A stretch of 63,722 bases of DNA, counting the filler, from Octopus bimaculoides (Eukaryota), in the NCBI RefSeq assembly GCF_001194135.2. It is 12 parts of 11 records of this genome, joined end to end, with 100 filler letters (N's around TTAATTAATTAA, not from the genome) between each part and the next. Parts side by side here need not be neighbours in the genome. Positions count along the whole stretch, not along the records: positions 4,655 to 23,646 come from NC_068981.1; 11 more parts are not named here. One strand, given 5' to 3'. Shown here one piece after another: positions 10,613-22,739 of this stretch (within the stretch, counting starts at the first letter, position 1; each line of letters starts with the position of its first letter). The position numbers were made by a program, and so were the translations under genes. The notes beneath the pieces were generated by a model. The model had not been told where the DNA came from and ran no database searches. It saw only the letters and a program-made list of their open reading frames with translations.

Positions 10613-11098
10613 CATCATCATCGTTTAACGTCTGCTTTCCATGCTAGCATGGGTTGGATGATTTGACTGAGGACTGGCGAACCAGATGGGTACACCAGGC
10701 TCCAATCTGATTTGGCAGAGTTTCTACAGCTGGATGCTCTTCCTAACGCCAACCACTCCGAGAGTGTAGTGGATGCTTTTTACATGCCACCGGCACGAAG
10801 GCCAGTCAGGCGGTACTGGCAACGGCCATGCTCAAAATGGTGTATTTTACGTGCCACCTGCACAGGAGCCAGTCCAGTGGCACTGGCAATGATCTCGCTT
10901 GAATGTCTTTACATGTGCCACCGGCACAAGTGCCAAGAAGGTGACGCTGGGCACAGGTGCCATCACGATTTCGCTTTTGCTTGCCCCAACAGGTCTTCGC
11001 AAGCCGAGTTTCGTGTCCAATGAAGGAGACGACATTGGCATGGGTGCCAGTCGTCAGATTTAGTTTGATTTCGATTTCGCTTGCCTCAACAGGTCTTT
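10613..11098 (-). mobile_element. RTE 3'UTR and tail, young copy
   Basis: About 90% identical by eye to 14701-15103 and 2583-2842. Confidence 0.88.
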
Positions 11099-11240
11099 GC
11101 AAATAATGATAACATTTCTGTTTATAAACCTTACCATCTATGTTACACTGTGCACCACATTTTAATCATTTCTAAAAGTGAATTTTAAAAAATGCAATCT
11201 TTATATTCTTCTTCTTTTTACTTCTCTTTCATCTTATCAG

Positions 11241-11378
11241 GATGCTCAAACAGTTGGTGTTCATGATGTTTTGGATAATCTACATATTTCTGAGACAGAG
11301 TTTGGTCACATCAAAATAAACACCCTGCGTGATCGGTGGCGCTATTTGAATGAACATAAAACTGGAGACATATTATAA
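11241..11378 (+). CDS. PALD1: Paladin terminal coding exon, DAQTVGVHDVLDNLHISETEFGHIKINTLRDRWRYLNEHKTGDIL*
   Basis: Polypyrimidine tract plus cag acceptor at 11240, phase 0, TAA at 11376-11378. LRDRWR aligns to paladin LRYRWQ. Confidence 0.88.
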   Translation, partial: DAQTVGVHDVLDNLHISETEFGHIKINTLRDRWRYLNEHKTGDIL

Positions 11379-12000
11379 GAAAATTTCTTAGAGGACATTT
11401 TAAAATTTCAGTTTTTTTTTTTTCATTAAAACTATTAATTACATGCAGATATTTGCACTGTCTTACACTTCTTAAACCAAACCAAATATTTCTTTTCCAC
11501 ACAGTTTTTTTTTGTTGTAAATGACATTCATCTTAAACAGACATCTTTGGAAAAAACAAAAAACAAAAAAAAACAACAGTATTATTGCTTCAAAAAAAAA
11601 AAAAGGAAAAAAGAAAAATATCAAAAAGATAAAGAAAGCTGTCATGATGAACTTGTTACTTTGTCTATTCTGTGTACTTATATTTTTTAATTTTGTACTT
11701 GGTGTTTCAGAACCATTGAAATGTCTATTCACTGACACTGGGGTGGTTATCTAATGCTTTCATTCATCGTCACTGTGTCTATGGATATACTATGCTATAT
11801 ACTTTTATGTGTGTACATGACATATCAATAGGCAGACTGTCAGGTATGTAGATAGATAGTTAGATGGGTGAATGGGAATGATTTGTCATTGTGCTCACTT
11901 GCATAAATTAAAAAGTCACATCATTTACTAGAGTATATCTTTATGTCTTTGTTATGTCTGTCTGTCTGTCTGTATGTATATATGTATGTATGTATGTATG

Positions 12001-12039
<39 letters not shown>

Positions 12040-13319
12040 TCTGGAGTATTGACATTTCAGCGCTAGACAATTGAGTGCATAGACTATTAAGTTCATGTAA
12101 TATATGTAATTTATTACTACATTATATTGGTGTTGGTTGTATATCTAAAATACATGCACATGCAACCTACAAACACAGCAGTCATAAATGAGATTAACTA
12201 TACATAAGCAAAAAACATACATATACATGAAACAAACACCAGCAAAAAAACATAAATATATATATACATGCCCATACAAAATGGTAACTACACTTTTTGA
12301 ATCTCCTATGAAAATTTAACTAGCTAAATACTGGTTCAAAGTAGTTACTATGTATTTATTGCTTTTTATCTTTACATGTTTTTAAATAATTGAAATTTTT
12401 CCTCTTATGTTTTTTTCATCCCAAAAATAACCAGTACCTAAGTTCAATAAGATGCCCTCTGCTGAATTGTCTATGCACTGAATTAACTAGTGCTGAATTG
12501 TTGGTGCTGAATTGTCACGTCATGATCTATGCCTCTACCTACCTATCTACTAAGCTTGTAACCAAGCTGTCTATTTGTTTCTCTATCTATCTATTTACCT
12601 TCCTAACTATGCAGCAACCTATTTATCTATTTGTCTATTTGTGGTTTTAACTGAAACACAAATTATAAGATCAGGTCAGACACAAAGAATTATTGAACAT
12701 AAACTTGCATTATCTCACAATTATACACACTATAAAATATATACATACCTTTATACACCTTCACCAAAATTAAACAAATGCTATCTATTAAAAAAAAAAG
12801 ACACCAAATGAAGAGTGGTAAATAATAACTAAATCTCAATTTAAATCCCAAGTTTCACCTTCAAACAAATAGTGAAGACTTTACACAGATACAGAAAAGT
12901 TGAACTTGGTGAAGAATTGAGGCAGTTGAAACAGGGTCAACTTCATAATCAAATGGTTGGAAGTAAAAACAAGGCCCTATAAAATGAATTGTGTAAAATG
13001 GATGTAAAATAGATAAAACAAATTCCATTCCTTTGTTTTCATTTCATTTGCTATAATTTCATATTCAGATAAAACACATTTCTCATCAGAAAATGATCTG
13101 TTTAAAAATTTGTTGCTTGTTCTTTTACAAAAGAATTATGTTGTTATTTCTTTTAGTCTAAGTTTCAGATTAAAAACTTGACCACAATTTTTGTTTAGAA
13201 AACAAAAAAAACTTGTTTTTTTAAAAAAAGAACAAAAATTCCAAAAATGAATCTCAAATTTGTGGCATAGTTTAAATGAATACTCAATGTGAGGTTATTC
13301 AGCTTATTAATTGATATAG

Positions 13320-13325
13320 AATAAA
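13320..13325 (+). terminator. Candidate polyadenylation signal of the paladin 3'UTR
   Basis: First AATAAA I found after the stop codon; several ATTAAA variants occur earlier (e.g. 11425-11430). No transcript evidence. Confidence 0.25.
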
Positions 13326-14054
13326 GTTAATCAGAGCACACAACACATATAAAAGGATTTGAACTCCATGAGACAGACTGGTAATCCAATATTTTATACT
13401 ATGTTCCTTTCACTTCTATCATTAAATGGGCAGAATTTCAGAAAGCAAATGTTTTGTTTGCTGAATTCTTTTGAAAGGAACAATTGGTTTTGCCTAGCTC
13501 CAGAGTTCCAGGCAGTGTGTGTGACTGAAAAGACCTAATCATGCTGAAACAGTAATATCTCACAGTCCACTGATGGCACTGAAGTTAGTGTGTTATTTAC
13601 ACATACTGTCTATAAGGAGAAGTTATTCTCCCAGGATGAAATCCAACAACAAAAGAGCTATGTTTACATTCACATTTGCTGGTATTTGTTAAGAGTGGAT
13701 GCGCACATAATTGCTTTGATTTTAACTCATTTACATGCTCATAATAACTTAATATTAGCTTGGCAGACTTCAACAAGAATCAACAAATGTTTAGTTTGCT
13801 GAATTCTATAGATATGAGCAGTTTTTTAAAGTTCTGAGTGATGTTTATCACTGAGGAGACAAAACATACTGAAACACTGCTGTCTGATGGTTTGCTGGTA
13901 TCATTAGAGTGAGTATGTTGTTCATACCTTGCCTCTAGAGGGGGAAATTGTTCTCCGAAGACAAAATCCCAGACTGAAAAGCTGCATTCATGTTCAGTGC
14001 TAAGACAAGATATTCACTTCATTATTCTTTTTTATTATATAAATTTGTAAAGTG

Positions 14055-14208
14055 GTTAGTGGTTGGCATTAGGAAGGGCATCCAGCTGTAGAAACCATAC
14101 CAAAACAGACAACTTGAGCTTGGTGCAGCCCTCTAGCTTGCTAGCCCCTGTCAAACTGTCCAACCCATGCCTGCATGGAAAATGAATGTTAAATGATGAT
14201 GATGATGA
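14055..14208 (+). mobile_element. RTE tail
   Basis: gtggttggcattaggaagggcatccagctgtagaaacc...(GAT)n. Confidence 0.8.
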
Positions 14209-14229
14209 TATTTAAGGGCACAGATTAGA

Positions 14230-14570
14230 AAATTTGCATCATGGTCATGAAGTTGAAGTTCACTCTCATTAAGTGTCTTTTATTATAACTCTGGGTCAGT
14301 CAAAGCCATGTGAGTAAAATTGGGCTGACAGAAACTGTGTGGAAGCCTGTCAGATTGATTGTACCTGTAATTCAAAAGTACAACTTTGTCACACACTATC
14401 ATACAGATTTTGCCTGAGGATTACATTGAGGGTATCAGTGTCTATGGAATACTCAGCCACCTACATGCTCAAATAATAAGTAGGCAGTTTAGTTGATTGA
14501 GCAACAGAAAAATATATTGGATAAGCTTAACTAGCTGACAGTCTACATATATTGTCTACCTTGAGCTTCA
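14230..14570 (+). mobile_element. Diverged SINE with an A-like 5' part and C-like 3' part
   Basis: aagccatgtgagt...gaaactgtgtggaagcctgtc, then gtacctgtaattcaaa...tgtcacac...ctcagccac as in 63211-63580. Confidence 0.5.
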
Positions 14571-14599
14571 TGAGGCTCACGAGGCTGCCAGCGCTTATC

Positions 14600-15225
14600 T
14601 GGATTTTCAAGGCATTTAAGCTGAGAGTAGAAGGCTGTTTGCTGAATGGAATGCCTGTCCATCATTGACTTAATCACCAAGTGTCACTGGAACTCATTTT
14701 CACGCGAAGACCTATTGGGGCAAGCGAAAGCGAAACCATCATGGCACCTGTGTCCAGCATTGCCTTCCTGGCACTTGTGCCGGATGGCACGTGTAAAGAC
14801 ATTCAAGCGAGATCGTTGCCAGTGCCGCCGAACTGGCTCCTGTGCAGGTGGCACATAAAATACACCATTTTGAGCGTGGCCGTTGCCAGTACCGCCTGAC
14901 TGGCCTTCGTGCCAGTGGCACATAAAAGCACCCACTACACTCTCGGAGTGGTTGGCGTTAGGAAGGGCATCCAGCTGTAGAAACTCTGCCAAATCAGATT
15001 GGAGCCTGGTGTAGCCATCTGGTTTCACCAGTCCTCAGTCAAATCGTCCAACCCATGCTAGCATGGAAAGCGGACGTTAAACGACGACAATGATGATGAT
15101 GATGTACTGAAGCAACATGAAATGAAGTACCTTGCTCAAAGACACAACGTACCATCTATTCCAAGAATTAAACCTACAACCTAACAATGAAAAACCCAAC
15201 ACCCTAACCATGTAACCATATGCCC
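14600..15225 (-). mobile_element. tRNA-SINE (family G/C type) split by an RTE insertion at about 14701-15103
   Basis: The pieces 14600-14700 and 15104-15225 join into a sequence like 17370-17596. Confidence 0.6.
14701..15103 (+). mobile_element. RTE 3'UTR and tail, young copy
   Basis: Near-identical to the reverse complement of 10616-11000. Confidence 0.88.
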
Positions 15226-15892
15226 CTACGTGCCTTCAACCTCTATTGATGGAGGGGACAAGAAAGCTGTTTGAGTTTGTCAAGTATTTTTGTTTTTAAT
15301 AATGAAGAAAAGCCATCTGTTCATGTGTTGAGTTATCTGATTCAGTTCCTTTATTTTTTTTTGTTTTCATTTATTTCAGTTTTTATATTTCATCAACAGT
15401 CTTAATGATTCGGTCAATGATATATTCTCCCACATTGTTCTCGATACTTGGTAACATACCACAAGTTTGTCAAAAGCCTTGACATTAGAAATCACTGGGG
15501 CTTGACTTGAAGAATTCATTGAACTATACAAAAAAAAAAAAAAAAAAAAAAAAAAGGTGAATTTATCTGGCAATCCAGTACACCTATACATAAACTACAG
15601 TTGTTGACATCTTTTACTTGCAACATTATCAACATTTTAGTATCGAGAGAAAAAAACAAAACAAATATCAAACAAAACACTTTTTAACTGTAGGTCTAAT
15701 TACATTTCGGGGAAGGTTTGAAGGAGAATTAGCAGATGTTATTGACTAGGAAATATAGGAGAAATGAATGAAATGACCTAGTTGTTTTTGGCAATGTGAT
15801 ACTGGTAGTAGTAATTATTGTAATAATTGTGTCTAACACATGCACAAGGCTAGAAATTTGTATGGAGGTCACAGTAGTAGTAGTAGTAATAT

Positions 15893-16070
15893 TGACTTCA
15901 AATTTTGGCCCAAGGCCAACAATTTTGGGGGAGGGGTTAAGTCGAATACATTGACCCCAGTGATCTTGAAAGGATGAAAAGCAAAGTCAACCTTGTTCGA
16001 ATTTGAACTTAGAAGACAGATGAAATGCTGCTATTTGCCTGGCATGCTAATGATTCTGTCCACTCACTGC
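15893..16070 (-). mobile_element. SINE family B
   Basis: Reverse complement of gagctggcagaatcgttagca...gactttgcctttcatcctttc...ccttgtgccaaaatttgaa, with an internal deletion. Confidence 0.75.
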
Positions 16071-16496
16071 TTTTTGCCACCTTCATAATGACAATAAGAA
16101 CATTAGTATTCCACCATCAACAAAGTTAATATTGCTGCCATCGTTGGCTGTTTCTTATGTTAAAGGAAATATCAGCAGGAAGAAATGCTAATGATGTGGA
16201 TTTGTTTATAGTGGATCTAAACTTGTTAGGAAGTGACACTCACATGATGATTTCAGGATCATTCTCTGCAGCATATATAGAATGAGATGGAGAATATCAT
16301 ATGATGAAATTGTAGCAGACTGCTGTTGACATGGTTGTAGTCTTAAGCAGTGGTTTTTTTACCAGTCCAACTGGCAAAAAATTCATTGAACTATGCCAGT
16401 CCTTTCCTGAAGCTACTAAAAATTAATAATAGTGGCAAATTTGTGCATCTTTAGCTTACATGTCATATTACAAACATATCTGTGCTTAAATACTAA

Positions 16497-16770
16497 ACTG
16501 GCACTTCGTCAGTTATGATGAGGGTTCCAATTGATCCGATCAATGGAACAACCTGCTTGTGAAATTAACGTGCTCCACTAACACATGTACTCTTAATGTA
16601 GTTCACAAGAAGATTCAGCGTGACACAGAGTGTGACAAGGCTGGGCCTTTGATATAGAGGTACTACTCACTTTTTTTCCAGCTGAGTGGACTGGATAAAC
16701 ATGAAATAAAGTGTATTGGCCAGGGACACAACGCACTGCCAGGAATCGAACTTGCGACCTTTTGATCATG
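16497..16770 (-). mobile_element. SINE family C
   Basis: B-box-like gttcgattcc; body homologous to 63211-63580. Confidence 0.75.
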
Positions 16771-16879
16771 TGCGTATATGCACACGCTTATATATGTGAT
16801 GGGACGTGTGTCTATGTCACTGTAAGGTTCTGTAAGAGTGAATGGTTGAAGCAAATTCTTGAGAAAATAGCTATGTAGG

Positions 16880-17041
16880 TACAGGCAAGGCTGTGTGGTT
16901 AATAATCTCGCTTTGCAATCTTATGGTTACGGGTTCAATCCTATTCCGTGGTTCATTGCGAAAATGTCTTCTGCTATAGCCTCGAGTCGACCAAAGCCTT
17001 GCGACTGAATTTGGTAGATGGAAACTATAGAAATACATTGT

Positions 17042-17087
<46 letters not shown>

Positions 17088-17255
17088 CCACCACCACCAC
17101 TTGACAAATAGTGTTGGCTCATGTACGTCTCCATAACCTAGCAGTTCAGCAAAAGAACTTGACAGAATAAGTACCAGCCTTTAAAATAAGGGGTTGATTT
17201 GTTCAACTAATATCTCAGTATGGCTACAACCCAATGGCTGAAAAGAAAATTAAAA
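16880..17255 (+). mobile_element. SINE family A
   Basis: Head, (TG)n core and tail all present. Confidence 0.8.
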
Positions 17256-17369
17256 AAAAAATATGTTCAATTAATGTGAGTTCGAATTTTTGGAAGGGAT
17301 CAGAACTAAGGAGTCACACTACATTCTGTAAACTGTTAGCAAAAGCCCTTGGTTAATTCACATTACTCC

Positions 17370-17596
17370 ATAAGGAGCATAGGCTGGTTTACTGGTTTCT
17401 CTGGTCTATACATTTCTCCCCGGACAGAATGCCTGCCTGTTGCATGATTACTTAGTCATACCAACTGAGTGGACTGGAGCAGCGTGAATTGAACTGAAAT
17501 GCTCAAAAACACAACACAGTGTCTGGTCCAGGAATCGAAATCACAATCTTACGATCATGAGTCTAATGCCCTAACCACTAAGCCATGAGCCTCCAC
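17370..17596 (-). mobile_element. tRNA-SINE family G
   Basis: Minus strand tggcttagtggttaggg (A box) and atttcgattcctgg (B box), then CORE-like ttgtgtttttgagca. Confidence 0.7.
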
Positions 17597-18024
17597 TAGC
17601 AAAAATCATTTGCTAACCAGAATCTTATTCCTCTCACCGTTACCAACTCTCTCTCTCTCCCCCTCTCTCTTTATCTCACGTGTACACGTAATGTGCGTAC
17701 ATTCACCCATTAACACATCATGTTCCTCTTTCCTTTGTGACACAAGCAGACCATTGTTATATATTGCCACTCCTTCAATAACTTTGAAATAGAAGAACGT
17801 CGACCATCAACCATCGGCAGATCTTTGTTTCAAGTGGATTGGAAGTTTCCTGTTTTAATAAATGAGGTCACCTTGTTATTGCTGTCCTTGTTATTGCCAT
17901 TTACGTTGTTGATGTTTTGTTCCAGCTGTTAATTGATTATTTAAAAAAAGAAAAAAAAAATATTCAAAGAAAATGATGTAGCTATTTTTCTTTTCCTTTT
18001 CCTGGTAATATAATAATTAGCGGG

Positions 18025-18200
18025 ACAGGCTGGCGAGCTGGCAGAATCGGCTTTACGTTCTGAGATCAAATTCTGCCGAGGTTGTCTTTACTTTTTATCC
18101 TTTCGAGGTCGATAACATAAGTACCAGCTGAGCACTGGAGTGGATGTAATCGACTTAGCCCTTCCCCGAAATTGCTAGCCTTGTGCTACAATTTGTAAGC
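18025..18200 (+). mobile_element. SINE family B
   Basis: ggcgagctggcagaatcg...gaggttgtctttacttttatcctttcgaggtcgata...ccttgtgc. Confidence 0.8.
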
Positions 18201-18221
18201 AATATTTTAGTCACATGACTA

Positions 18222-19330
18222 GGGCGTGAGCTGGGAGAATTGTTAGCATACCATGCTAACAATTAGCACGCTTAGCGATATTTCATCCAAGTTCGAATGC
18301 CACCGAGGTCAAATTTTCCTTTCAGCCTTTCGGGATCAATAAAATACGTGGTCCGATCAATAAGTATCCGGACTGTTGCCATAGTAACGAAAAGTAAAGC
18401 ACGCAGAATAAAACCGCTTGGCACAGATTGACATTGAGCTCTGCTGCGCATGCACACTAAGTTTTAACGTTCTGGCTCACTTTTGCTGTTTACAACAATG
18501 CTTGGAAGGAAGGTGTGTAGCACGTGATCGTCGCATTGACCATGACAGAGAAAGCTGAGAAGAGAATCTGCATCAAACTTTGCCAAAAGCTTGTCGATAC
18601 CTTCTCAGATGCCTAAGCAAAGTTTTCAAAAGTTTCCATCATCCTCGACACAATCATGGAGATCTTGTGCAACTGAAACTCGAGTGTCTTTTTGGTCAGC
18701 TGAAAGCAGATTTGGCACAAACTTGGCAGACACGCGTCTCATGCCGAAATCTTCAGTGATAATGGACTGAACTGAACCGTAACTAACCTACACATCATCT
18801 GATAACTCATGGATGGTGATTCGACGATTTCTCCTCACAGCTGCACGCTCATCTGCGATGTTTTCCTCAGTTCTGCTAGTTGAGGGGCTCCCAGAACTTT
18901 CGTCACTATCGACATTTTTCGGCCATGTTGGAAACATCTGAACCACTCGCACACTTGTGTGCGGCTCACACTTCTCGCCATACATTTTCTGCAACTTTGC
19001 GCAGGCCTCTGAGCGGATACCGCCGTGGCAATGTTCTCTGTCATGGTCAATGCGACGATCACACGCTACACACCTTCTTTCGAAGCACTGCTGTAAACAG
19101 CAGAACTAAGCTAGAACGTTAAAACTTAGAACGTTAAAAGTTAGTATAGCAGAGTTCAAGGTAAATCTGTGCCAAGCGGTTTTACTCTGCATGCTTTAGC
19201 TTCGTTACTAAAGCAACAGTCTGGATACTTATTGATCAGACCTGGTAAATACGAGTTGAGCACTGAGGTCGATGTAATCGACTTAGCCCCTCACCTGAAC
19301 TTGCTGACGTTGTGCCAAAATTGAAAGCAA
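18222..19330 (+). mobile_element. SINE family B split by a mariner at a TA site
   Basis: The halves 18222-18346 and 19246-19330 are colinear with intact family B copies. Confidence 0.8.
18347..19245. mobile_element. Non-autonomous mariner derivative built of two inverted 5' ends
   Basis: TA duplication at 18345-18346 and 19246-19247; ends CGTGGTCCGATCAATAAGTATCCGGACTG and its near reverse complement. Transposase N-terminus on both strands (MTEKAEKRICIK on +; SRTQVCEWF...GSPSTSRTEENI on -). Confidence 0.85.
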
Positions 19331-19520
19331 TACATTTGTCAGAGGAGTGGAAAGGGCAATGCCAGGTTCAGATGTCTGTGGGTAGAATGAAGATCAAGCG
19401 AGAACAGCAAATATGATCTGAATGTTTGCAGCATAAGAATAGGGCTTCCCAGCATACTCTGCTTTCACTCCACTGGGGATGCAAAATCGCATTTCAGGGT
19501 GCCATAAAAAATGTAAGTAC

Positions 19521-19534
<14 letters not shown>

Positions 19535-19552
<18 letters not shown>

Positions 19553-19700
19553 TTAATGTCTGTCTTCATGTTGGTACGAGTTGGATGGCTTGATCTGATG
19601 AGTTGGAGGACCGCGTCGTGCTCCAGTTTCTACAGCTGGATGCCCTTCCTAATGCCAACCACTTTATAGAGTGTACTAGGTGCTTATTTTCATGGCACCT
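19535..19700 (-). mobile_element. RTE tail
   Basis: ttctacagctggatgcccttcctaatgccaaccac after (CAT)n. Confidence 0.75.
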
Positions 19701-20341
19701 GTGCTAACGATTTTCAAACTGAAATTATAAAGAAAAAAAAACAAACAGACAAATTTTGTTCTATTAATTCCAACAAGAACTTTGTCACCACCTAGTACCA
19801 AATGTAGTTGCTGGTGAGGACGACGACGATGACGATGATGATTTAGGTTCAAAGCCAAAAATTTTAGTGGGAAGTGTTACTTCATTACATTGATCTCAGT
19901 GCACAGCTGATACTTATTTTATCAACCCCGAAAGGATTAAAGGATTAAAGTAAGTCTCGGAGGAATTCTCTCAAAAGTTTATATATTCTTAGAAATCCTA
20001 CCATAGGTACAAAGCATTCTTTGGAATTTCGCTATCCATTTACTCTTTTGAGTGAGAATTGTATGTTGTTGATGTCATTAGAACTTATAAACTTTCGAGA
20101 GAACGCAACATAATCATTTTCCGGAACTAGATCTTGAAACACACATCAAGCTAAATGGTAGAACGCATTGTATGTATGTATGTATGTATGTATGTGTAAG
20201 AACGACCGTACGAACCCAAAAGGAGAAATGGTGACGAATGGAAAAACAGGGCTCCTTTATTAAACGCGTCACACGGTCGAACACAAAATATATCAAATGA
20301 TATATATATGTTATACTTCGATAACATAGATAATTCGTAAA

Positions 20342-21303
20342 TGCCAGTAAGGTAGACGATAGGAACACAACCGTATGAGATGAATAACAGTAAGATTTAT
20401 TGTAGCATTAAATTGTATGTCTGTGTGTGAGTGAATGCGACATAATAAAACACATTATAGACGGGCCGTCATGTAAAGGAAAGAGTGTGTGTAAGTAATA
20501 CATGTATGTGGGTACGAGAGATACACAGTATTGAATTGAGTCAGTAGCACGTATAAGGATTTAAGATACCAGTTCATAGAGTACACGGTGGTAAGTGTCT
20601 GTATATAAGAAGTTAAGGCGTGTGGGGCAGAGCGATCACTAGTTGTGATGTTGTGGCTTCTATGCCAAGCCGGGTTCTTGAAAACAGATGTTCTTCGCAG
20701 GCTGGGTTCTTGGCTGTTATTTCGTGGCGAAGGTGAATCGCACAAACAGGATCGGAGAAGTTCTGCGGTAGTTTGGTTAGCTGTTGGTAGCTAGTGTACG
20801 TGTAGAGTCATGTTGACGCTGTTGGGGACGCTGGTAGTCGTAGTGTCGTGTTGACGCTGGCGGCGATACTGGTAGTCGTAGTGTCGTGTTGCTGCTGGCG
20901 ACGTCGGGGGCGATGCTTATAGTTCGTAGTTGTACGATGGTGTCGATGTCGTCGCTGGAAACTGGTTGCTGCTGTGTTNNNNNNNNNNNNNNNNNNNNNN
21001 NNNNNNNNNNNNNNNNNATCTAGGATCTGAGGCGCGACGATTGGCGGGGACAATTTAGTCTATAAGAAAATAGGGGCTCCAGGAAAGCATTAGAAGAACA
21101 CTCTCACGTGACCTTATTAAGGGCTGTGGTTGGTCGATTTGCGTTCTGACGGGAACGGAGGAGATAATTTACCCGCGCAAAGAATAGTCAGTCATGTGAT
21201 GGATACAGCAGGCTGCTCTCTACTACGCCCGAACTTGATTATATTTATAACAGTGGGGAAGATAGTTTGTTTGTATATAATGGCGATAGAAGTGTTCATT
21301 ACA
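20342..21303 (-). mobile_element. Possible solo LTR (TG...CA), CpG-rich, containing a 38-bp tandem repeat
   Basis: TG at 20342, CA at 21302-21303, minus-strand AATAAA near 20396-20401; no clear TSD and a gap lies inside. Confidence 0.25.
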
Positions 21304-21356
21304 TATGTATGTATGTATGTATGTATGTACGTACACACGCACACACACACGCACAC

Positions 21357-21407
<51 letters not shown>

Positions 21408-21409
21408 CC

Positions 21410-21975
21410 CACTTTTCTTTTACTTGTTTCAGTCATCTGACTGCGGTCATGTTGGAACACCGCCTTAAAGGGTTTTACTTGAAGAAATCGACCCCACCAC
21501 TTAATCTTTGTAAGCCTAGTACTTATTCTGTCAGTCTCTTTTGCCGAACCCCTAAATTACTGGGACGTAAGCGCACCAACATCGGTTGTTAATCGATGGT
21601 GAGAGGCGGGGGACAAACACGGATACGAAGGCACACACCCATAAATACATATATATATAGCCCGAGGCTGTAGTATATCACACTTGCCCAAGGTGTCACA
21701 CAGTGCGATTGAACCCTGAACCATGTATTTGGGAAGCAAGCTTCTTACCACACAGTCACGCCTGCGCCTACTATACAATTTCCGTCTGATTCACACGCAC
21801 ACACTCACGCGCGCGAGTGCGACGTGCTTCTTTCAGTTTCCGTCTACTAAATTCACTCAGAAGGCCTTGGTCGGCCCGAGGCTATAGCAGAAGACATTTG
21901 CCCAAGGTACCACACTGTGAGATTGAAACCGAAACGACGTGGTGGCAAAGTGAGCTTCTTAATCCACAGTCATGC
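21410..21975 (-). mobile_element. SINE family A (21410-21770) plus a second family A head (21825-21975)
   Basis: Reverse-complement homology to family A. Confidence 0.8.
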
Positions 21976-22630
21976 TTAATATCTGGGATTTCTTATGATT
22001 TTCTTTTACTCCAGTTGGGAATATAGAGCGTAATTGCATTTTGGAACAAGTAATATATTTCATATATCTTGAGAAATTCAGAGTAATTATATTTGAAATT
22101 ATCTGTTTTATCCATTGTGCTGAGTGTTGTTTTTAGTTTCCTTGGTTCCTTAAGTTTCTCCGATACTCCTATGGAACCACAAGCGACATCATCCTTGTGT
22201 TATGGGAAATTATATTGAATATACATCTTTTATTGCATCAGTTGGCAGAAAAATGTATTATGTGTTTTTTCTATTTACACTCACAGCTAAAGCAATCATC
22301 AAAAATTTAATTTCATGAATCAATACTGATAAAATAGGGGGAAAAATTTGTATTTTTTCACCCAAAAGATTGTTTACATTAGAAGAATCTATGAAATAGA
22401 TGTTTGTCTATTTCAGAGGTACTAATAATGAAAACAAAACCAGAGAGAAAAAAGTGTGTTAAATCTTTGTAATAAAATAAATTTGTGAACGAAAAAGAGA
22501 ATCGATGAGGGAGAGCGAAAAATGCGAGAAAAAGACAATGTAGGAGAATAAAGAAAAAAAGAAAAGAAAAGGGGATGACGTATGATTGTGAAAGAGACAT
22601 ATGTTTGCAAGTTTACATTTTTAGCCACCA

Positions 22631-22643
22631 TCACCACCACCAT

Positions 22644-22739
<96 letters not shown>

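Noticed and set aside
11472-11754. Lys-rich and Phe-rich ORFs with TM-like stretches
   Set aside because: A-tract-rich paladin 3'UTR; no splice or homology support.
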